From contig NZ_SMSG01000006.1 of assembly GCF_004382795.1 (NCBI RefSeq), forward strand, positions 204,542 through 236,541: 32,000 nt of DNA, in the 5' to 3' direction. Below, piece after piece: positions 8,140 through 17,359 of the stretch. The stretch's first letter is position 1. Each line of letters starts with the position of its first letter. The notes beneath the pieces were generated by a model that was not told the origin of the DNA, did no database searches, and was given only the letters and a program-made list of their open reading frames with translations. This stretch comes from Cumulibacter soli (GTDB taxonomy: Bacteria > Actinomycetota > Actinomycetes > Mycobacteriales > Antricoccaceae). The translations under genes and the position numbers were made by a program.

Positions 8140-8960
8140 CGGTTCTGCTCGCAGACAGCATTCTGAGCATTCCGTTCATGCAAAAGGCGCTCATCGCCGC
8201 CGTGCTCGTCGGGATATGTGCGCCGGCAGTAGGCATTTACATCGTGCAGCGGAAGCTGTCGCTGATGGGAGACGGGATCGGGCACATCGCTTTCGCCGGC
8301 GTGGGCCTCGGCGTGCTGACCGGAACCTCACCGGTGATCACCGCCGTGATCGTCTCGGTCGTCGGCGCCGTCGTCACCGAACTGGTCCGCTCGAAAGCGA
8401 AAACCAGCGGCGATCTCGCGCTGGCGATCCTGTTCTACGGCGGTATCGCGGCCGGCGCGCTCATGATGTCCATGCAGAACTCCGGCGGCGCGACCGTACA
8501 GTCATTCCTCTTCGGTTCGATCCTGACGGTGAACGATGAAGATCTCACCGTGATCGCGATCCTGGCGGCTGTCGTTCTCCTGATCACGATTGGCCTACGG
8601 AAGGTGCTCTACGCGGTCAGCAACGACGAGGAATTCGCCCGGGTCGGCGGGCTTCCGGTCAATCTGCTGAACATCATGATCGCGGTGACGACCGCGCTCA
8701 CGGTGTCGGTATCGATGCGGGTGGTTGGCCTTCTACTGATTAGCGCGCTGATGGTGTTGCCGGTCGCCGCATCGTCCCAACTCGCGAAATCGTTTTCAAC
8801 CACACTGTTTGGCGCGATCGCAATCGGATTGCTCGTGGCAGTCGTCGGCGTCCTGCTGTCGTACCCGCTGGACGTGGGGCCCGGCGCGCTTATCGTCATC
8901 CTCGCGATCGCGATGTTCTTCGTCTCGGCACTGCTCGGTAAGGTGGTACGACGCACATGA
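8136..8960 (+). CDS. Metal ABC transporter permease (ABC-3 / ZnuB-MntB type)
   Basis: 274-aa polytopic membrane protein. GTGA overlap with the ATPase gene. Sequence (LMGDGIGHIAFAGVGLG...) is typical of ABC-3 permeases. Confidence 0.85.
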   Translation: MTVLLADSILSIPFMQKALIAAVLVGICAPAVGIYIVQRKLSLMGDGIGHIAFAGVGLGVLTGTSPVITAVIVSVVGAVVTELVRSKAKTSGDLALAILFYGGIAAGALMMSMQNSGGATVQSFLFGSILTVNDEDLTVIAILAAVVLLITIGLRKVLYAVSNDEEFARVGGLPVNLLNIMIAVTTALTVSVSMRVVGLLLISALMVLPVAASSQLAKSFSTTLFGAIAIGLLVAVVGVLLSYPLDVGPGALIVILAIAMFFVSALLGKVVRRT

Positions 8961-9373
8961 CAATCCATCAGCTGCACGAAAAGTCCCCGGTAGGAGACCC
9001 GATGAACGATGAGGCACCGATCCACGACGGCGCCCTCAGCGACGTCACCCCGAAAGTCTCCTCGCGCGGCGGCACCTCCGCGTTCATGGCCGCGGGAGAG
9101 TTGCTGAAGGCATTGTCGGCGCCGCTGCGCGCCCACCTGATCTCACTGCTCGACGAGCACGGTCCGATGTGCGTACACGAGTTGGTCGAGTCCTTGGACG
9201 TCGCACAACCGCTGGTGTCCCAGCACCTTCGGATCCTGCGCTCAGCCGGGGTCGTCGTCGGCGATCGTCACGGGCGCGAAGTGGTGTACCGGCTCGCCGA
9301 CGACCACATTGCACACATCGTGGCCGACGCCGTCAGCCACGCCAAGGAGCACCACAACTCCCACGTCGGCTAG
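8957..9373 (+). CDS. ArsR/SmtB-family metal-sensing transcriptional repressor
   Basis: wHTH region LLKALSAPLRAHLISLLDEHGPMCVHELVESLDVAQPLVSQHLRILRSAGVV. C-terminal D115-x-H117-x10-H128-x2-E131 matches the alpha5 site pattern. ATGA overlap with the permease stop. ATG 9002 is an alternative start. Confidence 0.85.
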   Translation: MTIHQLHEKSPVGDPMNDEAPIHDGALSDVTPKVSSRGGTSAFMAAGELLKALSAPLRAHLISLLDEHGPMCVHELVESLDVAQPLVSQHLRILRSAGVVVGDRHGREVVYRLADDHIAHIVADAVSHAKEHHNSHVG

Positions 9374-9409
9374 TCCGGGCCGGCCTACACCGCGCCGACA
9401 GCGGCCGGA

Positions 9410-10168
9410 CTACGCGGTGCCGAAGCGGCGTTCGCGTCCGGCGTACGCCAGGCAGGCATCCCACAAATCCAATCGATCAAAATCCGGCCAAAGCCGATCG
9501 ACGAACATCAACTCGGCGTACGCCGATTGCCACGGCAAGAAGTTGCTGGTGCGCTGCTCGCCGGACGAACGCAGGAATAGGTCAACGTCCGGCATATCGG
9601 GTTCGTCCAGGTAGCGCGCGAACACCTCCTCGGTGACCTTATCCGGATTCACGCGGCCGGCTTGCACATCGCGGGCCAGCGCGGCGGCAGCGTCGGCGAT
9701 CTCCGCTCGCCCCCCATAATTGACACACATCGTCAACGTGCAGGTCGTGTTGTCTTTGGTCAGTTCCTCGGCAATCTCGAGTTCCTTGATCACCGATCGC
9801 CACAAGCGCGGACGCCGCCCGGCCCATCGCACCCGAACACCGAGTTCGTGCATCTCATCGCGACGCCGACGGATCACGTCGCGGTTGAAGCCCATCAGGA
9901 ATCGAACCTCGTCCGGCGAACGCTTCCAGTTCTCTGTCGAGAACGCGTACGCGGACACCCACTTGACGCCGACCTCGATCGCGCCCTCGACCACGTCGAA
10001 CAGCGACGACTCCCCCGCCTCATGTCCTTTAGTGCGAGCCAGCCCCCGCGATTTGGCCCAGCGACCGTTACCGTCCATCACGATCGCGACATGATTCGGC
10101 ACCTTGTCCGATGGCAAGTCGGGCGCGATGGCGCCCGACGGATGCGGGGTGGGCCGGCGCGGCGGCAT
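9410..10168 (-). CDS. uppS: Isoprenyl (undecaprenyl/decaprenyl) diphosphate synthase
   Basis: Contains [13 protein letters not shown]...[12 protein letters not shown]...[18 protein letters not shown] 10168 overlaps the recO TGA by 1 nt. The track start is TTG 10171. Confidence 0.9.
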   Translation of the reverse strand: MPPRRPTPHPSGAIAPDLPSDKVPNHVAIVMDGNGRWAKSRGLARTKGHEAGESSLFDVVEGAIEVGVKWVSAYAFSTENWKRSPDEVRFLMGFNRDVIRRRRDEMHELGVRVRWAGRRPRLWRSVIKELEIAEELTKDNTTCTLTMCVNYGGRAEIADAAAALARDVQAGRVNPDKVTEEVFARYLDEPDMPDVDLFLRSSGEQRTSNFLPWQSAYAELMFVDRLWPDFDRLDLWDACLAYAGRERRFGTA

Positions 10169-10995
10169 CAACGAGGCACCTCACTCTCTCGTGCCCCTAG
10201 GGGCAGTCCATCAAACAGATCTGGGTCGATGTCGTCGTACGGCGAGGCCGTCAAGGTGGCCGGCCGGTCTCGCTCCACCAGCGGCAGCGAACGCAACGCG
10301 CGCTCCAGGTGCCACTGCAGGTGGGCGGCGAGTACCCCGCTGGATTCGCGTTGCACCCTACGTTCGCTGGATTCGGCCAGTTCCCAATCACCGCACAGCA
10401 ACGCGTTCAGGTGCGCAGGGGTCTCACGTTGGATCGTGACCGCGCGCGGTACGGCGCAGGACGTACACGTTGTTCCCCCGGATTCCACCGAATAACGGCG
10501 ATGCGGCCCGGGGTCCGCGCACCGCGCGCATTCGTTCAGCGCAGGCTCCCACCCGGCGACAGACATCGCACGGACCAAGAATGCATCCAGCACCAGTTGC
10601 GCGGACCTCTCCTTTTGGCCAAGTGAACGCAGGGCGCCAACCAGCAGCAGGTACAACCGCAGCGATGCGGCTCCCTCCTCGCCAGCGAGTCGCTCACTGG
10701 CTTCGAGTATTGCCTGCATCGTCGTATAACGCGGGTAGTCATCGACTACCTGCGCTCCGAAATGGTGCAAACTTTCTGCCTGGGTCACGATGCCCAGCGA
10801 CCTACCGGCGTAGAGCTGCAGATCGACGTGACTACCTGGCTCCAACCGCGCGCCGAACTTCGAACCCGTGCGTCGTACGCCCTTGGCGACAGCGCGTACA
10901 ACACCGCCACGGCGGGTCAGCAGGGTGACGATGCGGTCAGCCTCCCCTAGCTTGTGCAGCCGCAGGACGACGCCCTCGTCGCGAACGGTGGTCAT
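10168..10995 (-). CDS. recO: DNA repair protein RecO
   Basis: 275-aa ORF with an OB-fold N-terminus ([23 protein letters not shown]) and a CxxC...CxxC zinc motif (CARCADPG...CTSC). Conserved position next to uppS and era. Confidence 0.9.
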   Translation of the reverse strand: MTTVRDEGVVLRLHKLGEADRIVTLLTRRGGVVRAVAKGVRRTGSKFGARLEPGSHVDLQLYAGRSLGIVTQAESLHHFGAQVVDDYPRYTTMQAILEASERLAGEEGAASLRLYLLLVGALRSLGQKERSAQLVLDAFLVRAMSVAGWEPALNECARCADPGPHRRYSVESGGTTCTSCAVPRAVTIQRETPAHLNALLCGDWELAESSERRVQRESSGVLAAHLQWHLERALRSLPLVERDRPATLTASPYDDIDPDLFDGLPLGARESEVPR

Positions 10996-11012
10996 TCGCT
11001 AGATCATCCCAC

Positions 11013-11477
11013 CTACTCGCCTCGCGCGGCGGTAAGTCGACGTTCGATCTCGGCCTGCGCCTCGATTGCGCCTCGCTCGTACCCGGCTTTTCCCACGCCG
11101 AGGTACACCAACAGATCGCGCACGTGGCCGTTATTCAGCAGGATGCGCAAACCTTGATTGTGCTGCAGTCGAGTACGCATTTCGCGGCCACCGACTCCTT
11201 TAACGTCGCTCCACGGCCACGAATCACGGGAGCCGGTTTTCGTCTCCGCGATCGCGATACCGTCCTCGTCGACGATCAGTAGTCGTTTGACCGTCGGCGA
11301 GGTCGCATCCAGGCACGGTGCACTCCAGGTCCCGGAGGGTAGTTGGTCAACGACCTTCTGTTGCCGAGTCCGTTCACGCTTGGCGACGAGTACGGCGATC
11401 GCGAGGATGACCACGAGGGCGGCCAACGCCCACGCCCCCGGGTAGTACGCCGCTGCGCCGTCGGCTGCCAGCACCAT
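11013..11477 (-). CDS. Hypothetical small membrane protein (1 TM plus a beta-rich, possibly PH-like domain)
   Basis: 154-aa ORF. Its ATG immediately follows the era TAA (TAAATG), and it ends 17 nt before recO. TM helix is WALAALVVILAIAVLVA. Confidence 0.5.
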   Translation of the reverse strand: MVLAADGAAAYYPGAWALAALVVILAIAVLVAKRERTRQQKVVDQLPSGTWSAPCLDATSPTVKRLLIVDEDGIAIAETKTGSRDSWPWSDVKGVGGREMRTRLQHNQGLRILLNNGHVRDLLVYLGVGKAGYERGAIEAQAEIERRLTAARGE

Positions 11478-12389
11478 TTAGAAACCCAGCCGGGTGAGTT
11501 TTTTGGGATCGCGCTGCCACTCGGCCAGCACGCTGACGTGCAGATGCAGGTAGATCCGGATACCCAGCCGCTCTTCGATCTGTTTGCGCGCGATGGTGCC
11601 GATCTGCTTGATCCGTGAACCGCGCGGGCCAAGCATGATGGGTTTCTGGCTCGACCGCTCGACATACAGGAACGCGTGCACGTCCAGGACGTCGGAGTCC
11701 TCGCGCGGCAGGATTTCTTCGACGGCACAAGCGATCGAGTGCGGCAACTCGTCGCGGGCCTCGGCGAGCGCGGCCTCACGGATGAACTCCGCGATCAGCT
11801 TTTCGGTGCTCTCGTCGGTCTTTTCATCGTCCAGGAACAGTTTCGGTCCTTCGGGCAGCTGCCTCTCGATGAGTTCGAGCAACAACTCCGTCTGTTCACC
11901 GGCCACCGCAGAGATCGGGATGATCTCGGCGAAGTCGCGACCGAGTTCGGCCTGCAGTTCGTTCACCTGCAGCAGCGCCTCCGCGATGCGGCGCGGCGCG
12001 GCGATATCGGTCTTCGTAACGATGCCGATCACCGGTGCCTTCGTGTTCTCGCGCAGCATTCGCGCGATGTACTTGTCGCCCGGCCCGACCTTTTCTCCTG
12101 CCGGGAGGCAGAAACCGATCACATCCACCTCGGACAGTGTCGCGGTGACGACGTCGTTCAACCGCTCGCCGAGCAGCGTCCGCGGGCGGTGTAGCCCAGG
12201 GGTGTCCACGATGACGATCTGCGCGTCAGGTCGGTCGACGATCCCGCGGATCGCGTGCCGGGTCGTCTGCGGCTTATCGCTGGTGATCGCGATCTTCTCC
12301 CCCACCAACGCATTGGTGAGCGTGGATTTCCCCGCATTGGGTCGCCCCACGAAGCTGACGAATCCACTGCGATGTGCTGCTTCGCTCAT
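11478..12389 (-). CDS. era: GTPase Era
   Basis: G1 motif GRPNAGKSTL, DTPG, TKTD, and a C-terminal KH domain. 303 aa. Confidence 0.95.
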   Translation of the reverse strand: MSEAAHRSGFVSFVGRPNAGKSTLTNALVGEKIAITSDKPQTTRHAIRGIVDRPDAQIVIVDTPGLHRPRTLLGERLNDVVTATLSEVDVIGFCLPAGEKVGPGDKYIARMLRENTKAPVIGIVTKTDIAAPRRIAEALLQVNELQAELGRDFAEIIPISAVAGEQTELLLELIERQLPEGPKLFLDDEKTDESTEKLIAEFIREAALAEARDELPHSIACAVEEILPREDSDVLDVHAFLYVERSSQKPIMLGPRGSRIKQIGTIARKQIEERLGIRIYLHLHVSVLAEWQRDPKKLTRLGF

Positions 12390-13738
12390 CGTTCCACCTC
12401 CTGGTCGCGATACGGGTAATCCCGTTCATCGTGCTGATTCTCCCCGGAGGGGGCCGAACTCGGCAAAGACTCGCGTACGACGCGCACTGACGAGATCCGA
12501 TTTCGCCGCCCGATGGTGTCCTCGGCCTCCAGGCGCAACCCGGCAACCCGGACGACCGCGCCGGGAATCGGCACCAACCCAAGTTGCTGCGCCATCAGAC
12601 CGCCAACGGTCTCCACGTCGTCGTTGATCTCGATATCGACGTCGAATTTCTCGGCTAGGTCCTCCACGGTGACCCGCGACTGGATCCGGACGCTACCGTC
12701 TTCGAGATCTTCGATCGGCGCGACCTCGTTCGTGTCGTACTCGTCCGCGATCTCGCCGACGATTTCCTCCAGGATGTCCTCGATCGTCAACAGACCAGCC
12801 GTACCGCCGTACTCGTCGATCACGATCGCGATGTGGATCCGGTTGATCTGCATCTCGCGCAGCAGGTCGTCAACCGGTTTCGATTCGGGGACGAAACTTG
12901 CCGGTCGCATCACCTCGGCGATGGGGGTTTTCCGAGCGGTATCGGCATCCGATCCCTGGGTGCGCCGTACCAGATCTTTCAGGTAGACGACGCCGATGAT
13001 GTCGTCAACGTTCTCGCCGACGACCGGGATGCGAGAGAAACCGCTGCGTAGCGCGAGGGCGAGTGCCTGCCCGACCCGTTTGGAGCCCTCGATCCACACC
13101 ATCTCCGGCCGCGGGACCATCACCTCCCGGGCAATGGTGTCGCCGAGGCCGAATACCGCATGAACCATCTCGCGCTCTTCATGCTCAACAACGCCGCGCT
13201 GTTCGGCCAGATCAACCAGCTCGCGCAGTTCTACTTCAGTGGCAAACGGACCTTCCCGGAAACCGCGGCCCGGGGTAATCGCGTTGCCAATCACGATCAG
13301 TAAGCCGGCGATCGGTCCGAGCACGATCCCTAGCGTGCGCACCAGGACGGCCGTACGCAGCGCCGTAGCGTATGGGTGTTGGCGGCCGAGCGTGCGCGGG
13401 CCCACACCGACGATGACGTAACTGATCACGGTCATACCGGCCGCCGCGGTCAATACCTGCACCCAGGTGGCATCGATGTAGTTGGTGATCACGACGGTAG
13501 CCATCACCACCGCCGTCATCTCACATGCGAGGCGCAGCAGCAACAGGAGGTTGGTGTGGCGCGGCAGGTCAGCGACGACATCCGCGAGCGCTTTCGCTCC
13601 GCGCACACCTTCCTTGCAGAACTCAGATACGCGCGCCTTGCTGACTCGAAGCAGTGCCGCGTCGACCATGGCAAAGACGCCGCCGAGGACGACGAGGACC
13701 AGGGCGACGATCAGCAGCGTCAGATCCGAACTAGCCAC
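12386..13738 (-). CDS. DUF21/CNNM-CBS-CorC_HlyC family membrane protein (hemolysin-like)
   Basis: 450-aa ORF with four N-terminal TM helices, a CBS pair and a C-terminal CorC/HlyC-like domain. ATGA overlap with era. Confidence 0.85.
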   Translation of the reverse strand: MASSDLTLLIVALVLVVLGGVFAMVDAALLRVSKARVSEFCKEGVRGAKALADVVADLPRHTNLLLLLRLACEMTAVVMATVVITNYIDATWVQVLTAAAGMTVISYVIVGVGPRTLGRQHPYATALRTAVLVRTLGIVLGPIAGLLIVIGNAITPGRGFREGPFATEVELRELVDLAEQRGVVEHEEREMVHAVFGLGDTIAREVMVPRPEMVWIEGSKRVGQALALALRSGFSRIPVVGENVDDIIGVVYLKDLVRRTQGSDADTARKTPIAEVMRPASFVPESKPVDDLLREMQINRIHIAIVIDEYGGTAGLLTIEDILEEIVGEIADEYDTNEVAPIEDLEDGSVRIQSRVTVEDLAEKFDVDIEINDDVETVGGLMAQQLGLVPIPGAVVRVAGLRLEAEDTIGRRNRISSVRVVRESLPSSAPSGENQHDERDYPYRDQEVER

Positions 13739-14228
13739 GCGCTCGTTCGGTCTCCGCTCGCCACTTCTTCAACAGTTGCCCCTGCAGCCCGAACATCTCA
13801 CGCTCCTCCTCGGGCTCCATATGGTCATAGCCCAGCAGATGCAGAATGCCGTGCGTGGTGAGCATATGTAACTCATCCTCGAACGTGTGCCCGGCGGCCG
13901 CGGCCTGCGAGATCGCCACCGCGGGACACAGCACGATGTCGCCGACGATGCCTGGCTCTTCGTCCTCATCGTCGGCGATATCCGCCGGCGCGACGCCGGG
14001 TCGAGTGGCCGGGCTGAGCTCGTCCATCGGGAAGGCCAGCACGTCGGTCGCGCCTTCCTCGCCCATCCAGCGCTCGTTCAGTGCGGCCATGTGCGGGACG
14101 TCGACGATCAGAATCGAGAGCTCTGCTTGCGGATGGATGCCGAGCTGGCCGAGCATGAAGTCAGCGATCGCGGCCAACCGGATCTCGCCGACCGGGATCG
14201 AGGACTCGTTGGTGATCTCAACGCTCAT
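13731..14228 (-). CDS. ybeY: rRNA maturation endoribonuclease YbeY
   Basis: Metal-binding motif HGILHLLGYDH is present. 165 aa. ATGA overlap with phoH. Confidence 0.9.
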   Translation of the reverse strand: MSVEITNESSIPVGEIRLAAIADFMLGQLGIHPQAELSILIVDVPHMAALNERWMGEEGATDVLAFPMDELSPATRPGVAPADIADDEDEEPGIVGDIVLCPAVAISQAAAAGHTFEDELHMLTTHGILHLLGYDHMEPEEEREMFGLQGQLLKKWRAETERARG

Positions 14229-15310
14229 GCCTGACGCCTTCCGCGGTCTTCACGCTGGCCACGCTGATCCTGTCGACCACGGGCGTCATGCCGCGCGTAG
14301 GCGTCGACGATTTCTCCGACCAGACGGTGCCGAACGACGTCCTGACTGGTGAGTTCACGGAACCCGATGTCGTCCACGCCATCGAGAATGTCACGCACAA
14401 TCCGCAAGCCCGACTGTTGCCCGCCGGGAAGATCAACCTGGGTCGTGTCGCCGGTGACCACGATTTTGGAGCCGAACCCGAGTCGGGTGAGGAACATCTT
14501 CATCTGCTCGGCGGTGGTGTTCTGCGCCTCGTCCAGAATGATGAACGCATCGTTGAGGCTCCGACCGCGCATATAGGCAAGCGGAGCGACCTCGATGGTT
14601 CCGGCCTCCATCAGGCGCGGGATCGACTCGGGGTCGATCATGTCGTGCAGCGCGTCATACAGCGGCCGCAAGTACGGATCGATCTTCTCCGACAATGAGC
14701 CGGGAAGGAATCCGAGGCGCTCGCCGGCCTCCACCGCGGGACGCGTCAGGATGATTCGGTTGACCTGCTTGGACTGCAAAGCCTGCACGGCCTTGGCCAT
14801 CGCCAGGTAAGTCTTTCCGGTGCCCGCCGGTCCGATACCGAACACGATCGTGTGTGCGTCGATCGCATCGACGTATTCTTTCTGCCCGATCGTCTTGGGT
14901 CGAATCGAGCGACCGCGGCGACTCAAAATGTTGATGCTGAGCACGTCGGCCGGGCGCTGATGGCGATCCTGACGCATCATGCCAATACTGCGCCGTACGA
15001 CGTCCGTGCTCAATTCGTGCCCGGACTGCAGCAGGGCCAGCAACTCGTCGAACACCCGCTGGGTGAACGCGACTTCGCCGTGATGGCCGGTGATCGTGAT
15101 GGATGTGCCACGAACGTCGATCTGAGTGGTGACGCTCGACTCGATGAGCCGGAGGTACTCGTCTCGGACGCCGAGCAACGTCACCATCGGCGTACTCGAC
15201 GGGACCTCGAACGTGGTGCTGACAGGCTGCGCATCGCCCGAGTCGGCCGCCACTGCGGGAGGCGCGGTATTCGTGTGGGATTGGTTCCTGGTTTCGCCGG
15301 TGCTCGACAC
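14225..15310 (-). CDS. phoH: PhoH-like ATPase
   Basis: Walker A GPAGTGKTYLAMA, DEAQN and the PhoH C-terminal region. 361 aa. Confidence 0.9.
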   Translation of the reverse strand: MSSTGETRNQSHTNTAPPAVAADSGDAQPVSTTFEVPSSTPMVTLLGVRDEYLRLIESSVTTQIDVRGTSITITGHHGEVAFTQRVFDELLALLQSGHELSTDVVRRSIGMMRQDRHQRPADVLSINILSRRGRSIRPKTIGQKEYVDAIDAHTIVFGIGPAGTGKTYLAMAKAVQALQSKQVNRIILTRPAVEAGERLGFLPGSLSEKIDPYLRPLYDALHDMIDPESIPRLMEAGTIEVAPLAYMRGRSLNDAFIILDEAQNTTAEQMKMFLTRLGFGSKIVVTGDTTQVDLPGGQQSGLRIVRDILDGVDDIGFRELTSQDVVRHRLVGEIVDAYARHDARGRQDQRGQREDRGRRQA

Positions 15311-15417
15311 GAGGAGCGTGTACCTGGCCTTTCACGCGGGGCTGGAATACCCCAAGTCTAGTTGAGTGCCGCGACAGGAACCATGGCATTTGTTTTCGAC
15401 GACCAATTGCTGGTTCC

Positions 15418-16164
15418 TCAGCCCGCCCAGCGGTTCAGGGCGACACTTGCCCAGGTGGCTCCGACCAGCCCCGCCGTCGAAGTCCGCAACACCTCCGGAC
15501 CAAGCCTGATTATCGACGCGCCGGCGGCGCGTAGCGCGTCCAATTCATCGGGCGAGACACCGCCTTCGGGGCCAACCACAAGGACGACGTCGCTACCGCC
15601 ACGATCCAGATTCAATGCCGTGATCGGCTCGGTCGCCGACTCGTGCAGCACGATCGACTGCGCATCACCGCAGAGGTCGGCGACTGCGGCAGCATGCACC
15701 ACCGGGCCGATTCGGGGGATGCGAGCGCGCCGCGACTGCTTGGCTGCTTCGCGTGCGACCTGAGCCCATCGCGCGCGGGACTTATCTTCCTTACCGTCCC
15801 ATTTCGCGACGCTGTGGGTGGCCTGCCAGGGGATGATCTCGTCGACGCCGATCTCGGTCAGCATTTCGACCGCGAGTGTGCCCCGGTCGCCTTTCGCCAG
15901 CGCCTGTACGACGATCAGCCGCGGTAGCCGCTCAACCTCGGTGCCCCTGGCGATGACCTGCGCGCGCAGCGATCGCTGCGCCAACTCGATGACCTCGCAG
16001 TCGGCGTAGCACCCATTACCGTCGGCGATCCGTATCGCTTCCCCGGTCCGGATCCGGCGCACCCGCACCGCGTGCGCGCCGTCCTCACCGCCGAGTTCAA
16101 TGATGTCCGCGTCGTCCGGCAGTTCACCAAAAAAGACCGGCGGGTACGCCGAGGCGCGTGCCAT
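15418..16164 (-). CDS. rsmE: 16S rRNA (uracil1498-N3)-methyltransferase RsmE
   Basis: 248 aa with a PUA-like N-terminus and a SPOUT C-terminus (VLVVGPEGGVSPDE...LGPEVLRTSTAG). ATG overlaps the dnaJ TGA by 1 nt. Confidence 0.85.
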   Translation of the reverse strand: MARASAYPPVFFGELPDDADIIELGGEDGAHAVRVRRIRTGEAIRIADGNGCYADCEVIELAQRSLRAQVIARGTEVERLPRLIVVQALAKGDRGTLAVEMLTEIGVDEIIPWQATHSVAKWDGKEDKSRARWAQVAREAAKQSRRARIPRIGPVVHAAAVADLCGDAQSIVLHESATEPITALNLDRGGSDVVLVVGPEGGVSPDELDALRAAGASIIRLGPEVLRTSTAGLVGATWASVALNRWAG

Positions 16165-17315
16165 CAGCGGCCGTGAAAGGCGTCGCGCATCCGGCTGAAC
16201 AGGCCACCGGCGGGGTTGGCCTTCGTCGAGGCCTCTCCCTCTTCGCCGCGAGCCGCGGCGAGTTCGGTTAGCAGCCGGGTCTGCTCGGCATCCAGTTTGG
16301 TCGGCGTACGAACCTCCAGGTGCACGATCAGGTCACCTCGGGTACTCGATCGCAGCCGCGGGACGCCCTTCTCGCGCACCGTCAGTTTGTCGCCGGATTG
16401 AGTGCCTGCCTTGATCTCGATACTTTCGTTCGATTCGTCCAGGTTCGTCAGTTCCAGGGTGGTGCCCAGCGCGGCGGATGTCATCGGCAGCGTGACGCGG
16501 CAGTGCAGGTCCTCACCCTCGCGGGTGAAGATGTCGTGGGCCTGCTCGTGGACCTCGATGTACAGGTCGCCCGCCGGCCCGCCGCCCGGCCCGACCTCTC
16601 CTTGACTGGCCAACCGAATCCGCATCCCGTCTTCGACACCGGCGGGGATCCGCGCCGAGACCGTACGCCGGGCGCGAACCCGCCCGTCGCCGGCGCACTT
16701 CGCGCACGGCGAGGGAATGATGACGCCAGTACCGCGGCACGCGTGGCACTCGCGGGTCACCATCATCTGGCCCAGCAGGGTGCGCTGTACGGCCTGGATC
16801 TCACCGCGGCCCCCGCAGGTCCCACACTCGCTGATCGACGTGCCCTCGCTAGTGCCTTCGCCCTGGCAGGTATCGCACAGAATCGCGGTTTCGACCGCAA
16901 ACTCTTTGGTCACGCCGAACGCGGTCTCCTCGAGCGTCAGTTCGACCGGAAGCAACGCGTCGGCGCCGGGGCGCACGCGACTCTTGGGTTGGCGGGTGGC
17001 GCCACTGCCGCCGAAGAACGCGTCCATGATGTCGCTGAACCCGCCGAATCCGGCCGCGCCGAACCCTCCGGCGCCACCACCGCGCGATCCGCCGTTGGTG
17101 TCGTAAGGGTCGCCGCCCAGGTCGACGATGCGCCGCTTCTCCGGGTCGGTGAGCACCTCATACGCGCGCGAGACCTCACCGAAACGCTCCTGCGCCTCCG
17201 GCGAGGAGTTCACGTCCGGGTGGTAGTCACGGGCAAGTTTGCGGTAGGCCTTCTTGATATCGGACGTCGAGGCGTCCTTCTCCAGGCCCAGTACGGCAAA
17301 GTAATCCGTTGGCAC
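16164..17315 (-). CDS. dnaJ: Chaperone DnaJ
   Basis: J domain with HPD, a G/F region and four CxxCxGxG repeats (CDTCQGEG, CGTCGGRG, CHACRGTG, CAKCAGDG). Confidence 0.95.
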   Translation of the reverse strand: MPTDYFAVLGLEKDASTSDIKKAYRKLARDYHPDVNSSPEAQERFGEVSRAYEVLTDPEKRRIVDLGGDPYDTNGGSRGGGAGGFGAAGFGGFSDIMDAFFGGSGATRQPKSRVRPGADALLPVELTLEETAFGVTKEFAVETAILCDTCQGEGTSEGTSISECGTCGGRGEIQAVQRTLLGQMMVTRECHACRGTGVIIPSPCAKCAGDGRVRARRTVSARIPAGVEDGMRIRLASQGEVGPGGGPAGDLYIEVHEQAHDIFTREGEDLHCRVTLPMTSAALGTTLELTNLDESNESIEIKAGTQSGDKLTVREKGVPRLRSSTRGDLIVHLEVRTPTKLDAEQTRLLTELAAARGEEGEASTKANPAGGLFSRMRDAFHGR

Positions 17316-17359
17316 AGTGCTCCAGTCGAGTTTTGAGTACGTAGGTCAAGTGCGGGGGT

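Noticed and set aside
8514-8524. tRNA T-loop-like GGTTCGATCCT
   Set aside because: It lies inside the ABC permease CDS. No acceptor, D or anticodon arms can be drawn around it. No tRNA genes were found in the window.
9374-9410. GTCCGG...CCGGAC inverted repeat between the convergent ArsR gene and uppS
   Set aside because: The stem is only 6-9 bp with a bulge and a ~18-nt loop, and there is no U tract on either strand. Not confidently a bidirectional terminator.
11584-12627. 347-aa plus-strand ORF, and similar long antisense ORFs at 16320-17336, 5932-6822, 2655-3518, 874-1653 and 7560-8285
   Set aside because: Each lies opposite a gene with clear family motifs (era, dnaJ, the Q-rich protein, dus, dgt, the ABC ATPase). 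Each has Ser/Arg/Pro/Ala-rich composition typical of stop-free antisense frames in high-GC DNA.
15376-15418. 8-bp inverted repeat AGGAACCA-N27-TGGTTCCT overlapping the rsmE stop
   Set aside because: The loop is large and there is no U tract. It is a possible RNA structure between rsmE and phoH, but too weak to call a terminator or attenuator.
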